DNA of 64,000 bases from Geopsychrobacteraceae bacterium (lineage in GTDB: Bacteria; Desulfobacterota; Desulfuromonadia; Desulfuromonadales; Geopsychrobacteraceae): the NCBI GenBank assembly GCA_963676795.2, contig CAXXTB010000002.1:384001-448000 (forward strand), given 5' to 3'. This document shows positions 18,743-29,380 of the stretch, in pieces (the first letter of the stretch is position 1; each line of letters opens with the position of its first letter). A program made the position numbers and the translations under genes. Below the pieces are notes generated by a model, which ran no database searches, was not told the DNA's origin, and worked only from the letters and a program-made list of their open reading frames with translations.

Positions 18743-19428
18743 TGATCGCTCCCCGGCCAGCGGATGCGGAAGCCTTTGTCGATCAGTGGCTTGGCGATCT
18801 CGACACCGGTCTTCTTGCGGTAGTGGCAGTAGTAGATCGGCTGGCCGAGGTCGAGGAAGCGGCGCATATACTTGGAGACCGGGTAGCCGTTCAGATCATG
18901 GGTATAGGGAGTTGCATGACAGTTTTCGAGACGTTCTTCCTGGTTGAGCAGCTCGCCCGCCGCTTCACCATAGTCGGCAAAGTCGGTGGTGAAGTAGAAA
19001 TCCCCTTCCGGCTGCAGGCTGTAGAGCGCCAGGTTGAGGAAGTTCTGGTTGAGCAGCCGCCGTTTGCGCTGCTTCTTTTTCGGCCAGGGATCGGGGCAGT
19101 TGATATAGATAGCCGCGAGACTGTCCCTGCCGAGATAGTGATGGAGCAGATAGCGGGCTTCCGCACGCATCATCAGGATATTGTCCAGGCCGGACTCATC
19201 GATGCGCCCACAGGTCTGCTTGCAGCCTCTGTTGAAGATATCGATGGCGATATAGTTGTGTTCAGGACGGCGCAGCGCCTGCTGAACGACAAAGTCGCCG
19301 ATCCCGCACCCGATTTCGAGGGCGAGCGGTTTGTCATTGCCGAACAGGGCATGAAAGGATCCGGCGTTCTTGAGCTTGGTCTCCGGTACGAAGGACGGAG
19401 AGGTGATCAGGGTCATTCTTTGCGACAT
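18739..19428 (-). CDS. trmB: tRNA (guanine-N7)-methyltransferase
   Basis: LEIGCGIG, INCPDPWPKKKQRKRRL. Confidence 0.93.
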   Translation of the reverse strand: MSQRMTLITSPSFVPETKLKNAGSFHALFGNDKPLALEIGCGIGDFVVQQALRRPEHNYIAIDIFNRGCKQTCGRIDESGLDNILMMRAEARYLLHHYLGRDSLAAIYINCPDPWPKKKQRKRRLLNQNFLNLALYSLQPEGDFYFTTDFADYGEAAGELLNQEERLENCHATPYTHDLNGYPVSKYMRRFLDLGQPIYYCHYRKKTGVEIAKPLIDKGFRIRWPGSDQ

Positions 19429-19434
19429 GGTTCT

Positions 19435-19818
19435 TTACTTTTCTAAGAGATACAGATATTGACCGATCATCAGACGTTGTTCGTCTGTCAGCCAGTGATA
19501 GGCCGGCATGAAGCCCGCCGGTGAATTCGTTTCGATGAGCAGTCGGTTGGCCATTTCCTGGGGGGGCATTCGGGTTCCGACCTCAGTCAGATCTGGGGCC
19601 AGGGTTGCGCCGCTGCCGTTGATAGTGTGGCACCCCTTGCAGCCCAGGCTGTTGATCAGCTGCATCGGTTGCTTGATCTGCTCCTCAGCCGCAAAGCTGC
19701 TGGCCGCAGCCAGCGGGAGCAGCACCAGTGTCAGAACTGCTGCCGAAAATAAAGCTGATCTATTCCGCCTGTTTATTGTTCTTTGCGCCATATCGTCAGG
19801 ACCGAAAAGAGGTTGCAA
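19435..19818 (-). CDS. Monoheme cytochrome c
   Basis: Signal peptide, CKGCH, APDL, distal Met in GFMP; start codon uncertain. Confidence 0.85.
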   Translation of the reverse strand: MQPLFGPDDMAQRTINRRNRSALFSAAVLTLVLLPLAAASSFAAEEQIKQPMQLINSLGCKGCHTINGSGATLAPDLTEVGTRMPPQEMANRLLIETNSPAGFMPAYHWLTDEQRLMIGQYLYLLEK

Positions 19819-19871
19819 TCGCTACTGGCGAAGATTAATCTGATTGGGCTGAAAAGGCCAAGGATAATTTC

Positions 19872-21026
19872 ATGGATATTCCAATTTCAAAACGTGCATT
19901 ACAGGTTGAACCCTTCCTCGCCATGGAGGTCATGGAGCGGGCCAAGGAGCTCGAAGCCGCCGGGCGTGAGATCATCTATCTCTGCCTGGGAGAGCCCGAT
20001 TTTCCGACGCCGCCGGCGATTCTGGCCGAAACAGGGCAGGCTCTGGCGGAAGGGGCAACCTCCTATACCCACTCGCTGGGACTGCTTGAATTGCGTCAGG
20101 AACTCTGCCGTCATTATCTCGACTGCTACGGCGTTGACATCTCGCCTGAGCAGGTGATCGTCTCATCGGGGACCAGTCCGCTGATGCTGCTGCTCTTCTC
20201 CATGCTGCTTGAAGAGGGGGATGAGATCCTGCTGACCGATCCCGGCTACGCCTGCTACCCAGGCTTTGTCCGCTTCTCGGGCGGGGTTCCGGTGGTTATT
20301 CCGACCGAAGCGAAGGATGGCTTTCAGCCGCGTGCCGAACATGTCCGGCCGCTGATCAGCGCACGCAGCCGGGGGGTGCTGATCAATTCGCCGTCCAACC
20401 CGGCGGGCTCGGTACTCTCCGGCGCTGAACTGGCCAAACTCGCCGAGCTGCCGGTGCCGATCATTTCCGACGAGATCTACCACGGCCTGACCTACAGCGG
20501 TGAAGAGCACTGCATCCTCGAATATACCAGCAATGCCTTTGTCCTCGGTGGCTTCTCCAAGGCCTACGCGATGACCGGCTGGCGCCTCGGCTATCTGATC
20601 GCGCCAAAACCCTGCGTCCGGGTGCTGCAGACCCTGCATCAGAACTTCCTGATCTGTGCCAATCACTTTGTCCAGCGGGCCGGTATCGCCGCTCTGCGCT
20701 ATTGCCACGATGACGTGGTGGCCATGCGTGAGGCCTACAACAAGCGCCGGATCGCCCTGGTTGAGGGGTTGCGGCAGCTTGGGTTCGGGGTTCATTTTGA
20801 ACCGCAGGGGGCCTTCTATGTCCTCGCCGATGCCCGGCATATCGATCAGAATTCACAGCGTCTGGCCCTGGATATCCTCGAAAAGACAGGTGTCGCCGTG
20901 ACCCCGGGAGCTGATTTCGGTCTGGGGGGCGAGGGGTACCTGCGTTTTTCCTATACCCGCCCCTTTGGTGAGATTCAACTGGCGCTGCAACGGATTGAAG
21001 GTTATCTCAAACAACGGGGATTTTAG
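19872..21026 (+). CDS. PLP-dependent aminotransferase class I/II
   Basis: GEPDFPTP, INSPSNPAG, SDEIY, GFSKAYAMTGWRLGY. Confidence 0.95.
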   Translation: MDIPISKRALQVEPFLAMEVMERAKELEAAGREIIYLCLGEPDFPTPPAILAETGQALAEGATSYTHSLGLLELRQELCRHYLDCYGVDISPEQVIVSSGTSPLMLLLFSMLLEEGDEILLTDPGYACYPGFVRFSGGVPVVIPTEAKDGFQPRAEHVRPLISARSRGVLINSPSNPAGSVLSGAELAKLAELPVPIISDEIYHGLTYSGEEHCILEYTSNAFVLGGFSKAYAMTGWRLGYLIAPKPCVRVLQTLHQNFLICANHFVQRAGIAALRYCHDDVVAMREAYNKRRIALVEGLRQLGFGVHFEPQGAFYVLADARHIDQNSQRLALDILEKTGVAVTPGADFGLGGEGYLRFSYTRPFGEIQLALQRIEGYLKQRGF

Positions 21027-21077
21027 GCTGATAAGTATCCAGTCCTGTCTGGAGACAAACGACAAGGGAGAGACCGC

Positions 21078-22097
21078 ATGCTGATCGTAATGGATCACCA
21101 CGCAAGTAGCGAGCAGATCGATGCCGTCATCGGCGCTGTTCGCAGCCTTGGCCTGACCGCCGAGCCGATACCGGGCAGCCTGCGCACCGCAATCGGTGTG
21201 CTCGGTAACCAGGGGTACGTTGACGATTCGACGATCCGTAATCTGCCGGGGGTCAAGGAGACGATCCACGTCAGCAAGCCGTACAAGATGGCCTCGCGTG
21301 ACTTTCACCCCGAGCCCTCTGTGGTCAAGGTTGGTGCTGTCCGTATCGGGGATGGTCTGCGCCCGGTGATGATGGCCGGTCCCTGCAGTGTCGAAAGTGA
21401 AGAGCAGATCCAGACTGCCGCATCCCAGGTCAAAGCGGCGGGGGCGCAGCTGCTGCGCGGCGGTGCCTTCAAGCCACGAACCGGGCCGTACAGCTTTCAG
21501 GGCTTAGGTGTCGAAGGGCTCAAAATGCTGCATCAGGCGGGGCGTGATCACGGACTGCCGGTTATCTCGGAAGTGATGCGCATCAGCCAGCTGGATGACG
21601 TCTGCCGTTATACCGATATGCTCCAGATCGGGGCGCGCAACATGCAGAATTTCGACCTGCTCAAGGAGGTCGGCCGGATCCGCAAACCGGTTCTGCTCAA
21701 GCGCGGGATGAGCGCCACTATTGAGGAGTTCCTGGCGGCGGCCGAGTATGTCCTTGCTGAAGGGAATGACCAGGTCGTTCTCTGTGAACGGGGTATCCGC
21801 ACCTTCGAGCCGGCGACGCGCAACACCCTCGACCTGTCGGTGATCCCGCTGATCCGCGAGCTGAGCCACCTGCCGATCATTGTCGACCCGAGCCACGCGA
21901 CCGGAAAACGCAACCTTGTGCCGGTCATGAGCCGTGCGGCCCTGGTCGCCGGAGCGCAGGGTCTCATGGTCGAGGTTCACCCGAACCCTGCGCTGGCGCT
22001 GTGTGACGGAGCCCAGAGTCTCGCCGGCGATGCTTTCGCCGGATTCATGGCCGAAATCGATACGCTGCTGGCTTTTCTTGGTTTTGAAATGAGCTGA
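21078..22097 (+). CDS. aroF: DAHP synthase, type I-beta
   Basis: MAGPCSVE, RGGAFKPRTGPYSFQG, QIGARNMQNF, DPSHATG. Confidence 0.95.
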   Translation: MLIVMDHHASSEQIDAVIGAVRSLGLTAEPIPGSLRTAIGVLGNQGYVDDSTIRNLPGVKETIHVSKPYKMASRDFHPEPSVVKVGAVRIGDGLRPVMMAGPCSVESEEQIQTAASQVKAAGAQLLRGGAFKPRTGPYSFQGLGVEGLKMLHQAGRDHGLPVISEVMRISQLDDVCRYTDMLQIGARNMQNFDLLKEVGRIRKPVLLKRGMSATIEEFLAAAEYVLAEGNDQVVLCERGIRTFEPATRNTLDLSVIPLIRELSHLPIIVDPSHATGKRNLVPVMSRAALVAGAQGLMVEVHPNPALALCDGAQSLAGDAFAGFMAEIDTLLAFLGFEMS

Positions 22098-22303
22098 AGA
22101 ACTATCAGCCAACTGTAGATATCCTACATATCCAGTGTCGTCCGAAACCAAAATGATACCTACAGGGCCTGCCATGGTTTTGCACAATGCCTGTGTCTCT
22201 GAAACAGTCGCAGGCTTTTCTGAATTGGTGCAGGGTGGGGCTCAATCTATCGTCTGGTTGTTCTCTTCGAAAGAGCGTCGGTCCGTTTCGTTTTATATTA
22301 AAT

Positions 22304-23331
22304 TCTGGTTATCCACTTCGCTCCAGTTGAGACATTAAACTGTCACATCGTGGGTACAAACTGGCCTCATACTAAAGAGGAGGCCGGCTATGACTGAAGA
22401 TTTTCCAAGCAATGAAGTTGAATTCGACCGCAGGTTTCATTCAGAAGAATCCTGTCTGGATTATCTCCTTCAACTTCGCTGGCCAGAGGGATTTAAATGC
22501 TCCCGCTGTGGCCATGATCAATACTGGATGAGTTCCAGAGGACTTTACCTCTGTTGCCATTGCGGGCATCAACACTCGGTGACCGCAGGAACAATTTTCC
22601 ATGGAACAAGGAAGCCTCTGACGCTCTGGTTCAAGGCCCTTTGGTGGTTCTCGACCCGCAAAAACGGAATCAATGCTACGGCCCTGCAAGGCTTACTCGG
22701 GCTGAGAAGCTACCAGACTGCCTGGTGCTGGCTGCAAAAATTGCGAACCTGCACGGTTTTCCCGGATCGAACCAAGCTGTCCGGTTCCGTGGAAGTTGAT
22801 GAATGTTTTTTCGGCGGCTCACACAGCGGCAAACGTGGCCGCGGGGCTGAACATAAATGCAAGGTCGCTATTGCCGTCGAACGCAAAGGGCGTAAACTCG
22901 GCCGACTGCGCATGCAGGTCATCGAGAGCTGCAGCGCGAGTGAGCTGACGTCTTTTATCAAAACGAACATCACTTCCGGCAGCCAGATAACGACCGATGG
23001 CTGGGGAGCTTACAGCGGCCTGGAGAATGAGGGCTATTCCCATAAGGCCATTATTCAGAGCAAAACAGATGACAAAGAGAGCGTATTGCCCGGTGTTCAT
23101 CTGGTCACCTCACTGGCCAAGCGGGTCACGCTCGGCACGTTCCAGGGTCGATTTGACGCGCAGTATTTGCAGCGTTACCTGGATGAATATGTTTTTCGCT
23201 TTAACCGCCGTAGTTGCAAAGCAGTTGGTAAGCGATTTTGGCGAATTATGCAATTAGCCGCTCAGGCCACTCCGGTACCCTTGAAAAATCTGGTTCTGGA
23301 GCCGGTTACTTGAGCGAAGTGGATAACCAGA
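22304..23331 (+). mobile_element. Complete IS1595-family insertion sequence (1028 bp)
   Basis: 23-bp terminal inverted repeats TCTGGTTATCCACTTCGCTC(C/A)AG; perfect 8-bp target duplication TATTAAAT (22296-22303 and 23332-23339). Confidence 0.93.
22390..23313 (+). CDS. IS1595-family DDE transposase
   Basis: Zn ribbon CSRC...CCHC, VEVDE, TTDGW, YLDEYVFRFNRR. Confidence 0.95.
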   Translation: MTEDFPSNEVEFDRRFHSEESCLDYLLQLRWPEGFKCSRCGHDQYWMSSRGLYLCCHCGHQHSVTAGTIFHGTRKPLTLWFKALWWFSTRKNGINATALQGLLGLRSYQTAWCWLQKLRTCTVFPDRTKLSGSVEVDECFFGGSHSGKRGRGAEHKCKVAIAVERKGRKLGRLRMQVIESCSASELTSFIKTNITSGSQITTDGWGAYSGLENEGYSHKAIIQSKTDDKESVLPGVHLVTSLAKRVTLGTFQGRFDAQYLQRYLDEYVFRFNRRSCKAVGKRFWRIMQLAAQATPVPLKNLVLEPVT

Positions 23332-23350
23332 TATTAAATATGAAACCGAC

Positions 23351-25477
23351 TCAGTGCTTCTGGATAAACTCCCAGCAGTCATCGGCAGCAAGGGGCTCAC
23401 TGATCAGATACCCTTGATATTCGTGACACCCCAGACTGCCGAGAATTTGCTGTTGCTGTAGCCGTTCGATATATTCGGCGACAACTGTGAAATTCTGAGA
23501 AACGGCTAGGTGTACAAGGGCAGAAACAATGTCCTGACAATGCTTTTCCTGGTCGATATTGCGGATCAGAGAACCGTCTATTTTGACCTTGCTGAAGTGG
23601 TAGCGCCTTAGATAAAGCAGTGAGGTGTGCCCCATTCCGAAATCATCAATCGCGAGTTTTAGGCCCAGATCGGAGAGGGCGGTAATGACCCTGTCGGTGA
23701 TTTCGTCGGTTCCGAGTTCAAGACCCTCGGTAATTTCCAGGTCGATGGCTGCCGGGTGGATTTCGGTTTGTTGCAGCAGTCTCGTCAGCTGGAAAGGCAG
23801 TTGTGGATTTTTGAGTTGCAATGGTGACAGGTTGATAGAAACTCGCAGGTTCTTAGCCCCCTGCTGCTGCCACTGAGCCAACTGCTGCGTTGCCATCTCC
23901 AGAACTTTAAGCCCTATGGAGTGAATCTGTCCGGATTCTTCAGCAATGGTGATGAACAGGGAGGGAGGAATCAGTCCGAAACGGGTGTGTTTCCAGCGCA
24001 GCAAAGCTTCAAAGCAGGTAATCTGGTCCTGATTATTGACCAGTGGTTGATAGACAAGAAAAAACTCACCTTTTGCCAGGGCTATCTCCATTTCATCCGC
24101 AAGAGAGCAGGCGATCTGTCCAAGGATGTCTCGTCGTTTCAGCAATTTCAGTTTCTTTGTTGTCGGCTGATGCTGGACCAAATGAACCAGTCGGTCGTAT
24201 TCTTTTTGAAAGTCATTATCTGCTTTTATGTGGTGCAGCCGTAGAAATGGAAAATATAGTGCAGTCCCCACGCTGAGATTGATGGCTTGGATCATGACAC
24301 CGTGCCAGGACATGGTGGTCTTGTATCCGCTTAGAAATATAGGGATTGTCCATTGAACATCCGTGATACTTCTCGGCATAAATCCGATGGCGGTTGCCAG
24401 ATAGGCAATAAGCAGCATGATTACGGGAACCAGAATAAAGGGGATAATGAATATGGGGTTCAGTACGATCGGCAGACCGAAAGTCACCAGTTCATTGACA
24501 TTAAACAGCGACGGTAGCAACGATAATTTTGCCAGTCGCAGACTGTTTTTGTGTCGATAGCTAAGAAAGATGGCGATGAGCAGACAAAACGTTGCTCCTG
24601 ATCCTCCCAGCATAGTGAAACTGTCCATGAATGGTTTGGTGATGATATGGGGTGGCACGCCGTCCGTGGCGACAGCCGCTATGTTTGCATGCAGATTATC
24701 GACGAACAGACCGTTGATAATAGGAAAGAGGATATTGTTGCCGTGCAGGCCGAAAAACCACAAAATCTGGCTGAGGACGGTAAAACAGACGCCTGTCAAT
24801 AGGGGGTTATGCAGATGCCTGAACAGGGAGGTTAAAACCTCGGACAAGAACTGATTGATATCGGGGATATCCGCAGCAATCAGCGCTCCGCGTAGGAGCA
24901 TAAAGGCGATGAGGGTCAGAAACGTCGGCAGTAGTACCTCAAAGGCGTTCTTTAAGTCGGCGTCAGGATTGTGTTTCCATTGCCAACCTTTTTTCTTTTG
25001 TACTGTCAGCAGAAAAACAAACAATTCGGCAGAAATAATCGAAGACATGATCGCGAGAAGGATATTTGACTGGTTGAGGGTATCGACCCTCAGCCACTCT
25101 TCTGCGGGATGAAATTGAAGATTGACGGCGATGATGAGGAAACTCAGCATAGAAATGAGTGGCGCGAGACCAGGATTGATTCCCTGAACCTTTTCTGTTC
25201 TCAATATAGCGGTGAAATAGCCGACAGAACCTGAGAGCAAAAGCCCCAGAAGCCCGAAGGTCAGATTTGTCAGTAGTTCGGCAAACACTTTCCAGTTTGT
25301 GCCAAATTCTCTGAGCATCGCCTGTTGATAGGATACGACCGGAAAGTTGGTGACAACCAACGCTAGAGATCCGAACAAAATGAAAGGGAACAGGGCAAAA
25401 AAACTTTTTCTGATGGCTTTGATCCAAAGCAACTCAGATATTCTGTCGGAAAATATCAAGATCTTATCGAAAAACAC
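23351..25477 (-). CDS. PTS EIIC (cellobiose/lactose family)-EAL c-di-GMP phosphodiesterase fusion
   Basis: EIIC motifs LWFFGLHG, GGSGAT, FNVNELVTFGLPIVLNP; C-terminal YQP, FEALLRW, DDFGMG, KIDGS, EYIE, QGYL. Confidence 0.92.
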   Translation of the reverse strand: MFFDKILIFSDRISELLWIKAIRKSFFALFPFILFGSLALVVTNFPVVSYQQAMLREFGTNWKVFAELLTNLTFGLLGLLLSGSVGYFTAILRTEKVQGINPGLAPLISMLSFLIIAVNLQFHPAEEWLRVDTLNQSNILLAIMSSIISAELFVFLLTVQKKKGWQWKHNPDADLKNAFEVLLPTFLTLIAFMLLRGALIAADIPDINQFLSEVLTSLFRHLHNPLLTGVCFTVLSQILWFFGLHGNNILFPIINGLFVDNLHANIAAVATDGVPPHIITKPFMDSFTMLGGSGATFCLLIAIFLSYRHKNSLRLAKLSLLPSLFNVNELVTFGLPIVLNPIFIIPFILVPVIMLLIAYLATAIGFMPRSITDVQWTIPIFLSGYKTTMSWHGVMIQAINLSVGTALYFPFLRLHHIKADNDFQKEYDRLVHLVQHQPTTKKLKLLKRRDILGQIACSLADEMEIALAKGEFFLVYQPLVNNQDQITCFEALLRWKHTRFGLIPPSLFITIAEESGQIHSIGLKVLEMATQQLAQWQQQGAKNLRVSINLSPLQLKNPQLPFQLTRLLQQTEIHPAAIDLEITEGLELGTDEITDRVITALSDLGLKLAIDDFGMGHTSLLYLRRYHFSKVKIDGSLIRNIDQEKHCQDIVSALVHLAVSQNFTVVAEYIERLQQQQILGSLGCHEYQGYLISEPLAADDCWEFIQKH

Positions 25478-25906
25478 TGTTCCCCCTATCTGAAAAGTTC
25501 AGAGGTGTCGTTGCTTTTGAACTGATTGGGTTTCAGGAATATTCATTTGAAGCGGTTTATTATTCTAGAATTTAGTTAATTAGTCCAGAGTAATCATTTT
25601 TGAGGGCAGAACCGTTTTGGCCGATGAAAATTTTACAGCAGCTTTTGCCTTCGATGGAGGAGGTTCCTCTGGGTCGCTGCTCAAGGGGGCGAATTTCTTT
25701 ACAACTGAGAGTTTTATTCGCGGTCTGTTTGAGCGAAGAGAGCTATCCGTGGTGCAGAGGATGCGGTTGCCGTTCCGAAACATTAGTCGTCAGAGCGTAC
25801 CTCTACTGCCAATCACAAATAATCCTCGGTTTTTGGCGGATGCTATCCGTCCAACAATATGATAAAAAGTAAAGCGCTTGTCCGGTTGCTCTGAAAGAAA
25901 ATTGCT

Positions 25907-28099
25907 ATGACACAATTGCTTGCCGATATTGCTGTGAATGCCCCCGTGAGGCAGCTCTACTCCTATGCGATACCAGGACGGTTCGATCCTGAGTTGCAGG
26001 TCGGCATGCGCGTCAGGGTTCCCTTCGGCCGGCGGACGCTGACCGGTTACGTCGTTGCCATCAGGACGGGTTCAGTGGCAGAGCTCAAGCCGATCTCGGA
26101 GCTGCCGGACAAGGAACCGCTGTTGCCGGAAAAGGTCCTGCTCTTGCTCCAGTGGGCGGCGGCCTACTACCGTTACCCCGTCGGCCAGGTGATCAGCAAT
26201 GCACTGCCTGGCGATCTGGGCAGCAATAAATCATCGACCAAAATTCTCAAAGAAGCGGTCTACTCCATCCGTGACGCGACCGTTGTGCTGCGTGGCGAAA
26301 AGCAGCAGCAACTGCTGGCCTATCTGCAGCAGGTCGGGAACGCTGGTCTTGGCGATCTGCGAGAACGCTTCCCGTCTCCCCATCAGAGTTTGCAGCGGAT
26401 GGTCGAGCTGGGCTGCCTCATGGAAAGCGAAGAAGAGCTGATCCGCGATCCGTTCCGGCAGATCCGGGTCTCCCCCGATGAGGCCAAGACCCTCAACGAT
26501 TCGCAGGCTGCTGCCGTTAAGACCATTGCGGGAGCGCTGGAAATGCAGGCCAGGCGTGGGTTTCTGCTCCATGGTGTGACCGGCAGCGGCAAGACGGAAG
26601 TCTATCTGCAGTCTGTGGCAAACTGTCTCGAACTGGGCCGCCAGGCCCTGATCCTGGTTCCCGAGATCTCCCTGACCCCCCAACTGGTCGGCCGCTTTCG
26701 GGCTCGTTTTGAACATCTGGGAATCGAAATCGCGGTACTGCACAGTGGCTTAAGCGGCGGAGAACGCTACGATGCCTGGCGCCGGATCGTTCGCGGCGAG
26801 GTGCAGATCGTCATCGGTGCCCGGTCGGCGGTTTTTGCTCCGCTTGAGAAGCCGGGACTGATCATCGTCGACGAGGAACACGATGCGAGTTACAAACAGG
26901 GGGAGGGGTTCCGCTATAACGCCAGAGACCTCGCCCTGGTCCGTGGTCAGCAGCAGAACTGTCCCGTTGTACTCGGCAGCGCGACCCCCTCATTTGCCAG
27001 TTATCATCGTTCCGAAACCGGTTTTCTGGAGCGTCTGGTGCTCGATAAGCGGGTCCATGAAGGGGCGCTGCCCGAGGTCGAACTGATCGACCTGCGTGAG
27101 TACAAGTCGGAAACCGAGCTCTCCGCGCCACTGATCGAGGCCTTGCAAGAGGCTCTGGAACAGCGCCAGCAGGCGATGCTGTTGCTCAACCGGCGCGGCT
27201 ATTCGCCGTTTCTGCTCTGCACCGATTGCGGCTCCAGCTTTTACTGTCCCAACTGCGAGATCACCCTGACCTACCATCAGCAGAAAAAGCACCTGCGCTG
27301 TCATTACTGCGATTACATCGAGCCGGTTCCCGAGCACTGCCCGAAGTGTCATGGTCTGCATATCGAACCCCAGGGGGCGGGCACCGAACGGCTGGAAGAA
27401 GAACTTGTCGAACTGTTTCCCGGGGCCAGGATCGCCCGCATGGATCGAGATACGACGACGCGTAAGGGCGCCCACCAGCAACTGCTGGAGCGGATGCAGG
27501 CCCACCAGATCGATATCCTGGTCGGTACTCAGATGATCGCCAAGGGGCACGATTTCCCCGGTGTTTCCGTGGTCGGCGTGCTCGGCGCAGACTCCGGACT
27601 GAACCTGCCCGATTTCCGCTCGGCGGAAAGGAGCTTCGCCCTGCTGACCCAGGTGGCCGGACGCGCCGGGCGCAGTGCCGGAGGGGGAAAGGTGTTTATC
27701 CAGACCTATAACCCTGAGCATTATGCCCTGCAATGCACGGTTGAGCAGGATTACCGCAAATTCTACGACTATGAACTTCCTTTCCGGCAGGAGCTGGCCT
27801 ATCCGCCCTTCGGTCACCTGGTCAACCTAGTGGTCAGTGGCAATGTCGAGGGCCAGGTGCGCGGTGCCGCAGAACGTGCCGGGGAAGATCTGCAACGTAT
27901 TGACACTGCGGTCGAGGTGCTCGGTCCGAGTCCCTGTCCGCTGTCGCGGCTGCGCGGTAAAAGCCGCTATCAGATTCTGCTCAAGGCGGCCGACCGGAAA
28001 GCCCTGCGCCGGGTGGTCGACCAGCTTGACAGTGTTGTCCGGCATCTGCCACGCCAGGTTTCATTGAGTGTTGATGTCGACCCGCTGGATATGTTGTAA
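25907..28099 (+). CDS. priA: Primosomal protein N'
   Basis: GVTGSGKTEVY, VDEEHD, four CxxC pairs, GTQMIAKGHDFP, QVAGRAGR. Confidence 0.97.
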   Translation: MTQLLADIAVNAPVRQLYSYAIPGRFDPELQVGMRVRVPFGRRTLTGYVVAIRTGSVAELKPISELPDKEPLLPEKVLLLLQWAAAYYRYPVGQVISNALPGDLGSNKSSTKILKEAVYSIRDATVVLRGEKQQQLLAYLQQVGNAGLGDLRERFPSPHQSLQRMVELGCLMESEEELIRDPFRQIRVSPDEAKTLNDSQAAAVKTIAGALEMQARRGFLLHGVTGSGKTEVYLQSVANCLELGRQALILVPEISLTPQLVGRFRARFEHLGIEIAVLHSGLSGGERYDAWRRIVRGEVQIVIGARSAVFAPLEKPGLIIVDEEHDASYKQGEGFRYNARDLALVRGQQQNCPVVLGSATPSFASYHRSETGFLERLVLDKRVHEGALPEVELIDLREYKSETELSAPLIEALQEALEQRQQAMLLLNRRGYSPFLLCTDCGSSFYCPNCEITLTYHQQKKHLRCHYCDYIEPVPEHCPKCHGLHIEPQGAGTERLEEELVELFPGARIARMDRDTTTRKGAHQQLLERMQAHQIDILVGTQMIAKGHDFPGVSVVGVLGADSGLNLPDFRSAERSFALLTQVAGRAGRSAGGGKVFIQTYNPEHYALQCTVEQDYRKFYDYELPFRQELAYPPFGHLVNLVVSGNVEGQVRGAAERAGEDLQRIDTAVEVLGPSPCPLSRLRGKSRYQILLKAADRKALRRVVDQLDSVVRHLPRQVSLSVDVDPLDML

Positions 28100-28179
28100 T
28101 TTAGCCGATTTACCAAAAACAATCTTGATTGCGATTGCTGCGGGAAAAACAAATGAAAAGCTATTCTCAAAGGGAGACT

Positions 28180-29376
28180 ATGAGGTTATCCGTTGTTGCG
28201 AGCGTCCTGTCCCTGCTGCTGTTGCTGGCGGGTTGTGCAGGCAGGAATATCGGACCCGGCCCCGCTGTGGACACCGGTGGTGAGAGTGCTCCGGCCGAAG
28301 CCCTGATCGCTGTCGACTGGACCGCCGTCGACGGCTGGCTGCTCGATCGCCCGGCGGCCGCCCTGGATACCTTTCGGAGCAGCTGTCGGGCTGTGGGGAA
28401 GCGCTCCCAGTGGCAGCAGGTCTGCAGTCTGGCCGGTGCGATCGATCCGGTGACCGATGAGACTGCCAGACATTTCTTTGAAACCTATTTTCAGCCATAC
28501 CAGGTCACTGAGGAGGACGGCAGCACAGTCGGTCTGCTGACCGGCTACTATGCTCCGGAACTGGAAGGCCGGCGCACCCCTGATGCGACCTTTCGCTATC
28601 CGCTCTATCGTCAGCCCGATGACCTGCTGATCGTCGACCTGGCCGAGCTCTACCCCGAACTCGGGAACTATCGTCTGCGCGGCCGTCTGATCGGCAATCG
28701 GGTCGTTCCCTATTTTGAGCGCAGTGAGATCGATAACGGAAAAAAACCGCTGGAAGGATATGAGCTGTTCTGGGTGGCCGATCCGGTCGACCTGTTTTTT
28801 CTCCATATCCAGGGCTCCGGCCGGATCCTCCTGCCTGGTGGTGAACGGGTCATGGTCAATTACGCCAACCAGAACGGCTATCCTTACCGCTCGATCGGCA
28901 AGCTGCTGCTTGAGCGTAACGCCATGACGCGCGACCAGATGTCGATGCAGAATATCCGCCGCTGGGTGCAGGAGCATCCGCAGGAAGGGTTTGATCTGCT
29001 GGCTGAAAATCCGAGCTATGTTTTCTTTCGGGAGCTCGATGCAGGGGTGACCTCGCCGCTGGGGGCCCTGGGTATTCCGTTGACGCCGCTGCGCAGCCTG
29101 GCCGTAGATCCGCGCACCATTCCGCTCGGCGCGCCGGTCTTTGTCGCGACCAGCTATCCGGGAACCGATCTGCCGCTGCAGCAGTTAATGGTCGCCCAGG
29201 ATACAGGGGGGGCCATCAAGGGGCGCGCCCGTGGCGATTTTTTCTGGGGGTTAGGCGGCGAGGCCGGTTCGGTTGCCGGAAAGATGAAGCAGGACAGCCG
29301 GTTCTGGGTGCTGTTGCCCAAAGAGCAGAATATCTCAGAGGCGAGTTGTGCCAATGCCGCTCGAAACGGAGGATAG
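28180..29376 (+). CDS. mltA: Membrane-bound lytic murein transglycosylase A (lipoprotein)
   Basis: Lipobox LAGC, TGYYAP, HIQGSG, NPSYVFF, AQDTGGAIKG. Confidence 0.93.
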   Translation: MRLSVVASVLSLLLLLAGCAGRNIGPGPAVDTGGESAPAEALIAVDWTAVDGWLLDRPAAALDTFRSSCRAVGKRSQWQQVCSLAGAIDPVTDETARHFFETYFQPYQVTEEDGSTVGLLTGYYAPELEGRRTPDATFRYPLYRQPDDLLIVDLAELYPELGNYRLRGRLIGNRVVPYFERSEIDNGKKPLEGYELFWVADPVDLFFLHIQGSGRILLPGGERVMVNYANQNGYPYRSIGKLLLERNAMTRDQMSMQNIRRWVQEHPQEGFDLLAENPSYVFFRELDAGVTSPLGALGIPLTPLRSLAVDPRTIPLGAPVFVATSYPGTDLPLQQLMVAQDTGGAIKGRARGDFFWGLGGEAGSVAGKMKQDSRFWVLLPKEQNISEASCANAARNGG

Positions 29377-29380
29377 TCCG

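Noticed and set aside
25580..25872. Short ORFs between the EIIC-EAL gene and priA
   Set aside because: They overlap each other, use weak starts without RBS and show no motifs; treated as intergenic.
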